64,000 nt of DNA, from IMG/VR virus record IMGVR_UViG_3300028393_000047; one strand, written 5' to 3'. Below are positions 30,101-37,655 of this stretch, piece after piece. Each line of letters starts with the position of its first letter. Position 1 is the stretch's first letter. This DNA comes from an uncultured virus (IMG/VR IMGVR_UViG_3300028393_000047). Taxonomy: Duplodnaviria; Heunggongvirae; Uroviricota; Caudoviricetes. The notes under the pieces are model-generated. The model was given only the letters and a program-made list of their open reading frames with translations, did no database searches and was not told where the DNA came from. The position numbers and the translations under genes are program-made.

Positions 30101-30129
30101 TTGACTTGCCATAAATATTCTGTTATACT
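30101..30129 (+). promoter_or_regulatory. Sigma70-like promoter
   Basis: TTGACT-17 nt-TATACT with TGn; CATAAATA inside the spacer. Confidence 0.7.
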
Positions 30130-30172
30130 ACTAGTATTGAAATTGATTTTTAACTGAAAGGCAAATTATATT

Positions 30173-31360
30173 ATGATTACGCAAAGTGAAAAAGTTGCAT
30201 TTGTTACCGAAGCCGCAAAACGTTTTGGTGAAGTTGTAACCCGTCAGCAATTGGTAACACTTTCTGAAGAAACTGGCACCAAACGCCAGTTCTGGCTTGA
30301 AGCCGATCAGTACCGAGTTGGACGTGGCAAGTATCAATTGCCTCTCCAAGAATTTAATGTTAACATGGCTGGTCTTGCACTAGTCAAATCCAATCCAGTT
30401 TCTTCCATGCCAATCTCTGAACCCATTATGGCTCCTGTTGCAAAAGCGGTAGCAAAAATGTCTTCCGTTGCACGTATGCAAGAAGGCGCAATTATTCCCA
30501 AAGTGAATTCATTATATGTTCCTTTTGGATTCTTTGACAACATGAAACGTATTGTTGCATCAAAGAAATTTTATCCAGTATTCGTTTCTGGTCTCTCTGG
30601 CAACGGCAAGACTTTCATGGTTGAACAAGCATGTGCCCAATTGAAAGTTGAATGTCTCCGTGTAAATATTTCACCTGAGACTGATGAAGATGATTTGATT
30701 GGTGGCTTCCGTTTGATTGACGGAGAGACAAAGTGGTTTGATGGTCCAGTTGTTCAAGCAATGAAGTCTGGTGCCGTTTTGATTCTTGATGAAATTGATC
30801 GTGGTTCAAATAAACTAATGTGCTTGCAAGGTGTACTTGAAGGCAAAGGTTTGTTCGTTAAGAAAACTGGTGAATTTGTTGAACCAATTACAGGTTTCAA
30901 TATTATCGCTACTGCAAACACCAAAGGTAAAGGTGATGAGACTGGTCGCTACATGGCGGCAACAATTCTTGATGATGCGTTCCTTGAGCGTTTCCCAATT
31001 ACAGTTGAACAGGAATATCCTGACACTAAAGTTGAAACTAAGATTTTGACTAAACTGTTTGACAGTCTTGGTATCAACGATAAAGCATTCGCAGAAAATC
31101 TTGTGAAGTGGGCTGATATCATTCGTAAGACATTTGAAGAAGGTGCAATTGATGAATTGATTTCCACTCGCCGTTTGTCTCACATTGCCGAGGCATACAC
31201 TATCTTCAATGATAAAATGGATGCAATCAAATATTGTATCAATCGTTTTGATGGCGAAACAAAGACTGCATTTCTTGACTTGTACAGCAAAATTGATGCT
31301 GGTATTGATCCAACTGCGGAAGTGAAGTCTGAATCAAATAAGGATGAAGTTCCTTTCTAA
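30173..31360 (+). CDS. MoxR-type AAA+ ATPase (phage CobS-like)
   Basis: GLSGNGKT, LILDEID, ATANTKGKG, AFLERF, ISTRRL. Confidence 0.9.
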   Translation: MITQSEKVAFVTEAAKRFGEVVTRQQLVTLSEETGTKRQFWLEADQYRVGRGKYQLPLQEFNVNMAGLALVKSNPVSSMPISEPIMAPVAKAVAKMSSVARMQEGAIIPKVNSLYVPFGFFDNMKRIVASKKFYPVFVSGLSGNGKTFMVEQACAQLKVECLRVNISPETDEDDLIGGFRLIDGETKWFDGPVVQAMKSGAVLILDEIDRGSNKLMCLQGVLEGKGLFVKKTGEFVEPITGFNIIATANTKGKGDETGRYMAATILDDAFLERFPITVEQEYPDTKVETKILTKLFDSLGINDKAFAENLVKWADIIRKTFEEGAIDELISTRRLSHIAEAYTIFNDKMDAIKYCINRFDGETKTAFLDLYSKIDAGIDPTAEVKSESNKDEVPF

Positions 31361-31382
31361 ATCTCCTTGGCAGTAATGCCTT

Positions 31383-31411
31383 AGAGGCTACTTGACGTAG
31401 CCTCTTTTTTT
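31383..31411 (+). terminator. Rho-independent terminator overlapping a sigma70 promoter
   Basis: AGAGGCTAC-ttgac-GTAGCCTCT plus T run; TTGACG(31392)-17 nt-TATAAT(31415). Confidence 0.85.
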
Positions 31412-31452
31412 ATATATAATAGTGAGATAATTTTATTAAACATGGAGAGATT

Positions 31453-32310
31453 ATGCAATTTGAAATTGATATTCAAAAACTAAGAACCAAAAAACTTTTT
31501 GTCGCAACCCCAATGTATGGTGGGCAATGTCATGGTTCGTATACTAAGGCAATCACAGACCTTATGATTCTTTGTACCAAATATGGTATTGAAGCAAAAC
31601 TATTTTTTATCTTTAATGAATCACTAGTGCAACGTGCTAGAAATTATCTAACAGATGAATTTGTCCGAAGTGGTATGGACTACATGATTTTTATTGATAG
31701 TGATATTCATTTTGAGGCGCAGGATGTTTTGGTTATGATGCACTTTGCGGCAACCCGTGATGACATGGATGTTGTTTGTGGTCCATATCCAAAGAAAGCA
31801 ATTTCTTGGGAGAAGATTAAAGTTGCAGTTGACAAAGGCTATGCAGATCAGAATCCAAATAATTTGGAAGAATTTGTTGGCGACTTTGTTTTCAATCCAG
31901 CAGATGGTGTAACTAAATTCAGAGTTGACGAACCAGTTGAAGTGAAAGAAAGCGGTACTGGCTTCATGCTCATTACCCGTGACGGACTTGAAAAATACGA
32001 CAAAGCGTTTCCAGCACAAAGTTATAAACCAGATCATGTGCGTACCGCAAACTTTGATGGTAGCAGAGAAATCATGGCTTACTTTGATTGCGTTATTTGT
32101 CCAGACACAAAACGCTATCTATCAGAAGATTACATGTTCTGCCAATGGATGCGTAAGGCTGGTGGTAAGGTATGGTTGCTTCCATGGTTGCGTTTGAAAC
32201 ACGCTGGTAGTTATATCTTTGGTGGTTCTTTGCAAGCACTTGCATCTATTAATGTTTCACCTACTGCTGGTGATGATGTTATGAAGCGTGGTGATTCGGA
32301 TTTAAAATGA
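31453..32310 (+). CDS. GT-A fold glycosyltransferase-like protein
   Basis: LFVATPMYGG, ESLVQRARN, FIDSD (DxD), GTGFMLI, LSEDYMFC. Confidence 0.75.
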   Translation: MQFEIDIQKLRTKKLFVATPMYGGQCHGSYTKAITDLMILCTKYGIEAKLFFIFNESLVQRARNYLTDEFVRSGMDYMIFIDSDIHFEAQDVLVMMHFAATRDDMDVVCGPYPKKAISWEKIKVAVDKGYADQNPNNLEEFVGDFVFNPADGVTKFRVDEPVEVKESGTGFMLITRDGLEKYDKAFPAQSYKPDHVRTANFDGSREIMAYFDCVICPDTKRYLSEDYMFCQWMRKAGGKVWLLPWLRLKHAGSYIFGGSLQALASINVSPTAGDDVMKRGDSDLK

Positions 32311-32606
32311 CGGATTATCGATACAATGAAGATAAGACTTTAACAGAATTGAAGTCTTACATTGACTCAACATACGGGCAACATTATTCCCGTGACAAAT
32401 TTCAAGCAACAGAATTCATCATTGATGGTGGACATGGTGAAGGATTCTGTATTGGGAATGTGCTGAAATATGCACAAAGATATGGCAAGAAAGACGGACG
32501 AAATCGTAAAGACTTGCTAAAAATTTTACACTATGCTATAATCATGCTACACGTACACGACTTGAATGAAGGAAAACAAAATGAAATTAAGCGAATCAAC
32601 AATTAA
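32307..32606 (+). CDS. DUF3310-like (T7 gp1.7-like) protein
   Basis: QHY, GFCIGNVLKYAQRYGKK, DLLKILHY. Confidence 0.7.
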   Translation: MTDYRYNEDKTLTELKSYIDSTYGQHYSRDKFQATEFIIDGGHGEGFCIGNVLKYAQRYGKKDGRNRKDLLKILHYAIIMLHVHDLNEGKQNEIKRINN

Positions 32607-33252
32607 CGTTCTCAAAAACTTTGCAACCATTAATGCTGGTATGCAATTCAAAGAAGGCTCTGTAGTGCGAACTATCTCCAAAGGACAGAACGTACTAGGC
32701 AAAGCAACTGTAACAGAAACATTTGAAAAAGATTTTGTCATTTATGACTTGAATCGATTCCTTTCTCTTTGCAGTTCTTTAACTGATCCAGAAATTGTTA
32801 TCAATACTGATGCAAATAATCTTACAGTTAAATCTGGCACATCTAAAACTACATACGGACTTGCTGATGAATCTATGATTGTTGCACCACCAGCAAAAGA
32901 GATCAAGGTTGAAAACTCCGAAGTGAATTTCAAACTGACAAAAGACGATATGAATCAAGTATTGAAGTTGTCTGGTATCTTGGGTCTTCCAAACATTGCT
33001 GTTGTTGGTGATGGTACTGAAATCTCTATCTCTGCACTAGATGTTAAGAATGATGAGTCTGACAACTTCTCAATTAAAGTTGGTGAGACTACATCTAATT
33101 TCAAAATGATTTTCAATACAGAAAATCTTAAGATGGTTCCAGGTACATATGATGTATCTATTTCATCTAAAGGCATTTCGCATTTCAAACATGCGACTGA
33201 CCAAATTGAATATTGGATTGCTACTGAAGCTGGCTCTAAGTACGAAGGTTAA
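32581..33252 (+). CDS. gp45: Sliding clamp gp45
   Basis: MKLSESTINVLKNFATIN, IYDLNRFL, YWIATE. Confidence 0.95.
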   Translation: MKLSESTINVLKNFATINAGMQFKEGSVVRTISKGQNVLGKATVTETFEKDFVIYDLNRFLSLCSSLTDPEIVINTDANNLTVKSGTSKTTYGLADESMIVAPPAKEIKVENSEVNFKLTKDDMNQVLKLSGILGLPNIAVVGDGTEISISALDVKNDESDNFSIKVGETTSNFKMIFNTENLKMVPGTYDVSISSKGISHFKHATDQIEYWIATEAGSKYEG

Positions 33253-33256
33253 TATA

Positions 33257-33520
33257 ATGAGTAGTAACGTAATTGTTCCGTCTTCTCCAGAGGATCGTAA
33301 AAAGATTCTGGATGCACTTGTTGAAATTTCAAACTCACTTACTCGCATTGAAGCAGAACGTGATTTGATTAAAGACATTCTTACTAGCGTGGAAGATAAA
33401 TTTGAGTTGCCTAAAAAGTATACTCGCAAACTTGCAAAGATTTATCACAAACAAAACTTCACCGAGGTCCAACAAGAACAAGATGATGTTGAGACCCTCT
33501 ATGAGAGTGTGGCTAAGTAA
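33257..33520 (+). CDS. dsbA: T4 DsbA-like dsDNA-binding protein
   Basis: DLIKDI...KLAKIYHKQN...ETLYE pattern; 87 aa. Confidence 0.7.
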   Translation: MSSNVIVPSSPEDRKKILDALVEISNSLTRIEAERDLIKDILTSVEDKFELPKKYTRKLAKIYHKQNFTEVQQEQDDVETLYESVAK

Positions 33521-33527
33521 CACTCGC

Positions 33528-33556
33528 TTGCATTCTAACATGCAATGTGTTAGAAT
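33528..33556 (+). promoter_or_regulatory. Sigma70-like promoter with overlapping inverted repeat
   Basis: TTGCAT-17 nt-TAGAAT; ATTCTAACA/TGTTAGAAT inverted repeat. Confidence 0.6.
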
Positions 33557-33585
33557 ATATTTTTATGTTATGATAAGGTGAACAC

Positions 33586-34524
33586 ATGCTACAAGATTTT
33601 TTGTGGGTCGAGAAGTATCGACCAAAAACTGTTGAAGACACAATTCTTCCAGCAGACTTAAAGGCTACGTTCCAACAATTCGTTGAGCAAAAGAACGTAC
33701 CCAATCTAATTCTTACAGGCGGTCCTGGTGTAGGTAAAACTACTATCGCAAAGGCTATGCTTGAAGAACTTGGATGTAATTATATTGTTATCAATGGATC
33801 AATGAACGGCAACATTGATACGCTACGCAATGAAATTAAAAACTTTGCATCAACTGTATCATTCTCTGGTGGAAGAAAATATGTCATACTTGATGAGGCT
33901 GATTACCTTAACCCTCAATCTACTCAACCCGCACTCAGGAACTTCATGGAAGAGTTTTCTGCTAACTGTGGTTTTATCCTTACTTGCAACTTTCTTAATC
34001 GTATCATCGCCCCACTTCATAGCCGGTGCTCTGTTGTACAATTTAAGATAAACGCCGCAGACAAGCCAAAACTTGCTGGTCGTTTTATGAAACGCATGAC
34101 TGGCATTCTGCAAAAAGAAAATGTAGAGTTTGAAGAAAAAGTTGTTGCTGAACTTATTATGAAACACTTTCCTGATTGGAGGCGTGTTCTCAATGAACTG
34201 CAACGTTACTCTGCTACGGGTAAGATTGATACTGGAATTCTTGCAAATATCTCAAGTGACAATTTCAAGACATTGGTTGAAAGATTGAAAGCAAAAGACT
34301 TCACGGGTATGCGTAAGTGGGTTGCAGAAAATCTAGACAATGAACCATCAGTATTATTCAAACGAATCTTTGACAATAGCAACGAATGTTTGAAACCCGA
34401 TTCTATTCCACGTATGGTTCTATTGCTTGCTGACTATCAATACAAGTCTGCATTTGTCGTTGACCAAGAAATCAACTTTGTCGCTTTCTTAACCGAAGTA
34501 ATGGTTGACTGTGAATTCAAATGA
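33586..34524 (+). CDS. gp44: Clamp loader large subunit gp44
   Basis: LWVEKYRP, GPGVGKTT, ILDEAD, SRC. Confidence 0.96.
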   Translation: MLQDFLWVEKYRPKTVEDTILPADLKATFQQFVEQKNVPNLILTGGPGVGKTTIAKAMLEELGCNYIVINGSMNGNIDTLRNEIKNFASTVSFSGGRKYVILDEADYLNPQSTQPALRNFMEEFSANCGFILTCNFLNRIIAPLHSRCSVVQFKINAADKPKLAGRFMKRMTGILQKENVEFEEKVVAELIMKHFPDWRRVLNELQRYSATGKIDTGILANISSDNFKTLVERLKAKDFTGMRKWVAENLDNEPSVLFKRIFDNSNECLKPDSIPRMVLLLADYQYKSAFVVDQEINFVAFLTEVMVDCEFK

Positions 34525-34940
34525 CACCATTTGACTATTTAAACGCTATCAACCAATCAAAAGAAAACATGATGGTTGGTACTGACAATGATGACTTATC
34601 CGAAAAATCGTACAATGCGTACATCGTTAATAAAGGACTATCTTACTTTTCAGACACAATCTTATATGCAAATGAGATGAACAGCCGTCATCTCTTAGAC
34701 AACAAACCTCAGTTTCTCTATTTACTAAATACCATCAGACCACGAAAAAGGTTCAGCAAATGGTTTAAGAATGAAATAGTTGAGGACATTAATGTGATTT
34801 CAGAATATTTTGGCTATAGTTATGCTAAAGCTAAACAAGTACAGAATCTCATAACCTCCGATCAACTTAAAATCATGCGACAAAAACTAGAAAAAGGTGG
34901 ATTGAAGTCTAAGGAGAAAAAGAATGGCGGTGAACATTGA
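34521..34940 (+). CDS. gp62: Clamp loader small subunit gp62
   Basis: PFDYLNAIN, ANEMN, RKRFSKW, YFGYS. Confidence 0.92.
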   Translation: MTPFDYLNAINQSKENMMVGTDNDDLSEKSYNAYIVNKGLSYFSDTILYANEMNSRHLLDNKPQFLYLLNTIRPRKRFSKWFKNEIVEDINVISEYFGYSYAKAKQVQNLITSDQLKIMRQKLEKGGLKSKEKKNGGEH

Positions 34941-35337
34941 AGACTTACTTGAAGTAAGATTAAAGCAAGATGATGATTTTCTTAAGGTAAAAGAAACATT
35001 GACAAGAATAGGTGTAGCATCTAGAAAAGATAAAACTCTATATCAATCGTGTCATATTTTACATAAAAAAGGAAAATATTATATTGTACATTTTAAAGAG
35101 TTATTTGCATTAGATGGCAAACCAACTGACTTTGAAGAAAACGATTTAGCAAGACGTAATACGATAGGTAAACTATTAGCTGAATGGGGACTGATTGAAA
35201 TTGTTCCTAAAGCAACAGATACCGAACAACCAATTGCACCTTTATCACAGATTAAAATTATTTCATATAAAGAAAAAGATGAATGGTTATTAACAGCAAA
35301 GTATAACATCGGAAGCAAAAAGAGGGAAGAAAATTAA
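34924..35337 (+). CDS. regA: Translational repressor RegA
   Basis: DDFLKVKETLTRIGVAS, LYQSCHILHK, YYIVHFKELFALDG. Confidence 0.96.
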   Translation: MAVNIEDLLEVRLKQDDDFLKVKETLTRIGVASRKDKTLYQSCHILHKKGKYYIVHFKELFALDGKPTDFEENDLARRNTIGKLLAEWGLIEIVPKATDTEQPIAPLSQIKIISYKEKDEWLLTAKYNIGSKKREEN

Positions 35338-35775
35338 ATGGAAGAACTAGTACAATCATTAAAAGTAGTTTTGGCAAATCATTACGCATTTTATTTGAAG
35401 GCACATTACTATCATTGGAACATAACTGGTCCTAACTTTCCTCAGTATCACGAATTCTTAGAAAACATTTATACTGAAGTTTACGGCGTTGTGGATAAAA
35501 TTGCAGAAGAAATTCGTTCATTGGATTCATATGCACCAGGAAGTTTTAATCGATTTATTCAGTTATCACAAATTCAAGGTGATGAAACTGTGTCACCAGC
35601 AGAAGTAATGTTACAAAGATTATCAGAAGACATTCCAGTAATGTTAGCAAGCATTGAACGTGCATACGAACTTGCCGAACAAAATCATGCACACAACATA
35701 AGTAATTTTATGGCTGATCGCCAAGATGCATTTGGTAAACACGCATGGATGATTAGGTCAACCTTAAAGGCTTGA
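35338..35775 (+). CDS. dps: Dps ferritin-like protein
   Basis: KAHYYHWNITGPNFPQYHEFL, DKIAEEIR, KHAWM. Confidence 0.92.
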   Translation: MEELVQSLKVVLANHYAFYLKAHYYHWNITGPNFPQYHEFLENIYTEVYGVVDKIAEEIRSLDSYAPGSFNRFIQLSQIQGDETVSPAEVMLQRLSEDIPVMLASIERAYELAEQNHAHNISNFMADRQDAFGKHAWMIRSTLKA

Positions 35776-35828
35776 CAAACGTTATATATTATGAGATAAT
35801 GTTATCTCAAAACAAATTAGGAGATTCT

Positions 35829-36053
35829 ATGAAATCCATTAAAGTATTGACAGCAGTAGCACTTACTACTCTCTCCCTAGTTGCCGTTGCGGCAGACAAA
35901 CCAGCAGAAACAAAACCTGCTGACAAACCTGCAACAACAGCATCAGCACCTGCCGCTAAAGCAGACTCTAAAGAGAAACCACATCCTAAAGTGATTACTC
36001 CAAAAGAGAAAGCCGCAAAAAAAACAGAGGCTGAAACACCTGCTAAGAAATAA
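35829..36053 (+). CDS. Small secreted Lys/Ala/Pro-rich protein
   Basis: AGGAG RBS; signal peptide ending AVA-A; low-complexity mature part. Confidence 0.7.
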   Translation: MKSIKVLTAVALTTLSLVAVAADKPAETKPADKPATTASAPAAKADSKEKPHPKVITPKEKAAKKTEAETPAKK

Positions 36054-36096
36054 TTCTTAGCATTCTTTTTTATCATTAATTGATGAGGTATTTAAA

Positions 36097-36324
36097 ATGG
36101 CATTTGTAAATTCTAGCAAAACACAGACAGAACTCTTGGTATCGTACTTGCGTGGTACAGGTCGTGGAATCTCTGCACCCCAAGCAAGGTCTTTGTTTGG
36201 CATTAAAAACCTTCGTGCCCGTATCAGCGACTTGCGCCAAAGCGGCTACAAGGTTCGTAAAGATATGAACACAGAAGGTAACACAACATATTTTGTTTCA
36301 CGCAGAATGGTTGGACAGGCTTAA
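36097..36324 (+). CDS. Small winged-HTH DNA-binding protein
   Basis: ISAPQARSLFGIKNLRARISDLRQSGY. Confidence 0.7.
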   Translation: MAFVNSSKTQTELLVSYLRGTGRGISAPQARSLFGIKNLRARISDLRQSGYKVRKDMNTEGNTTYFVSRRMVGQA

Positions 36325-36329
36325 TCTGT

Positions 36330-36337
36330 TATAAATA
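36330..36337 (+). promoter_or_regulatory. Late promoter TATAAATA
   Basis: Exact consensus opening the structured hsp20 leader. Confidence 0.7.
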
Positions 36338-36440
36338 AACGTATCTCAGGGATGGGAACGTTAATGGCTCTTCTACCTTAGGAGCGTCTAACGCTGGTAC
36401 AACGTTATGGTACCCCTGTATTCAGTAAGCAGGATTTTAA

Positions 36441-36494
36441 TGATATGCCTTCGGGGTATCAAATTTTTTAAACTCGCTTAATAGGAGAAAAACT
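36441..36494 (+). promoter_or_regulatory. ROSE-like RNA thermometer in the hsp20 5' UTR
   Basis: cUUCGg hairpin 36441-36461; CUCGCU(36473-78) pairs with the AGGAG SD (36483-87), leaving a bulged G. Confidence 0.65.
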
Positions 36495-36998
36495 ATGGGA
36501 CACACACCATTACCCACTATCTTTGGTGGAACAGGTTTTAAAGATTTTGACAAATTCTTTGTCGGCTTTGATGACCAATTTAATCGCATGGCAAAGATGC
36601 ATGACGATTTAACTAAAAACATTCCAAACTACCCACCTTACAACATTCGCAAGACTGGTGACAACACTTATGTCATTGAAATTGCTGTTGCTGGTTTTGG
36701 TAAACAAGAAATCGATATCACATTAGAAGCCAATAAACTTATTGTTTCTGGTAATACACAAGACGATAACGATAATTTCTTGTTCAAAGGAATCGCCAAT
36801 CGTGCATTCACTCGCACATTTGCACTTGATGACCAAATCGAAATTCAAGATGCCGCTTTGATTAATGGCATGTTGAAGATTGCTTTGGAACGAATCATTC
36901 CAGAACACAAGAAGCCAAAGAAGATTGAAGTTAAGGATGCTGAATCTAAAACTAAAAAAACTTCTAAAGAATATTTAACTGAGGATGATGTATTATGA
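36495..36998 (+). CDS. hsp20: Small heat-shock protein Hsp20 (IbpA-like)
   Basis: NYPPYNI, EIAVAGF, KGIANRAFTRTF, NGMLKIALERIIPE. Confidence 0.95.
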   Translation: MGHTPLPTIFGGTGFKDFDKFFVGFDDQFNRMAKMHDDLTKNIPNYPPYNIRKTGDNTYVIEIAVAGFGKQEIDITLEANKLIVSGNTQDDNDNFLFKGIANRAFTRTFALDDQIEIQDAALINGMLKIALERIIPEHKKPKKIEVKDAESKTKKTSKEYLTEDDVL

Positions 36999-37156
36999 AA
37001 TCAGTAAAAAAATTCTTCATGGCAATTCTTGAAGGTATTCAAGAAGCAAAATCTTATAAAGCAAAAGGTTTTGCTGAATACTATCTATCGCAATCTGTAG
37101 ACCATAAAGATTTGGAAAACAAACAGCAAGAATTAGTACGCAAAGGTATGCTATGA
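36995..37156 (+). CDS. 53-aa DUF3563-like protein
   Basis: Not in the ORF track; ATGA overlap with the hsp20 stop; YLSQSVDHKDLENK motif. Confidence 0.55.
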   Translation: MKSVKKFFMAILEGIQEAKSYKAKGFAEYYLSQSVDHKDLENKQQELVRKGML

Positions 37157-37239
37157 TTGATGCGCTACTAATGCTTCTAAGATGGAAGAGAGATGGTTGG
37201 GAAGTACATCCAATTATTGATCTAAAAGGTTGGATATGA
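37153..37239 (+). CDS. 28-aa micropeptide
   Basis: ATGA-coupled; MIDALLMLLRWKRDGWEVHPIIDLKGWI. Confidence 0.4.
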   Translation: MIDALLMLLRWKRDGWEVHPIIDLKGWI

Positions 37240-37301
37240 ACTGGTGGCCAGTATCCGATGAAGAGTGGGAACGTTTAAACTTCCCAGAGCGTTTTAAATA
37301 A
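37236..37301 (+). CDS. 21-aa micropeptide
   Basis: ATGA-coupled; MNWWPVSDEEWERLNFPERFK; stops just before a terminator. Confidence 0.4.
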   Translation: MNWWPVSDEEWERLNFPERFK

Positions 37302-37305
37302 CACC

Positions 37306-37332
37306 ATGGGTGCCGCAATGGCACCCATTTTT
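37306..37332 (+). terminator. Rho-independent terminator
   Basis: ATGGGTGCC-gcaat-GGCACCCAT plus TTTT. Confidence 0.85.
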
Positions 37333-37349
37333 AATTATGGAGATATATT

Positions 37350-37655
37350 ATGCAAAATGAACTTAGAATTTTAAAATTAAGCACTGGTGAAGAAATTGTT
37401 GGTAACATTACAGAACGTAATGGTGCTATATTTTCAATTGAAAACCCATGCTTACTTGCAATTGCAATGGGACCAAATGGCAAAGCAAGTCTTCAAATGC
37501 AACCTATGCTTATCTTCTCTGAACAAAAGAAGGTAGATATCAATCGTGCCAACGTAATCTATGATGTAACAGTTGCGCCCGAGATTGAAAACAAGTATAA
37601 TGAGATATACGGCTCAGGTATAGTTATGCCTAAGACACAATCTATTATTATTTAA
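37350..37655 (+). CDS. Conserved hypothetical protein (Sm-like)
   Basis: ILKLSTGEEIVG...YGSGIV; directly upstream of gp43. Confidence 0.65.
   Translation: MQNELRILKLSTGEEIVGNITERNGAIFSIENPCLLAIAMGPNGKASLQMQPMLIFSEQKKVDINRANVIYDVTVAPEIENKYNEIYGSGIVMPKTQSIII

Noticed and set aside
27877..31360. CobS/CobT as cobalamin biosynthesis genes
   Set aside because: Only generic MoxR AAA+ and VWA/peptidase motifs are present and there is no CobN; the pair is common in T4-like phages
35792..35809. Fur box next to dps
   Set aside because: The palindrome has 8-2-8 geometry rather than Fur's 7-1-7, and it lies downstream of dps
36341..36433. Assignment to a hammerhead, HDV-like, twister or pistol ribozyme
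   Set aside because: The catalytic consensus cores could not be matched by eye; kept only as an unclassified structured RNA
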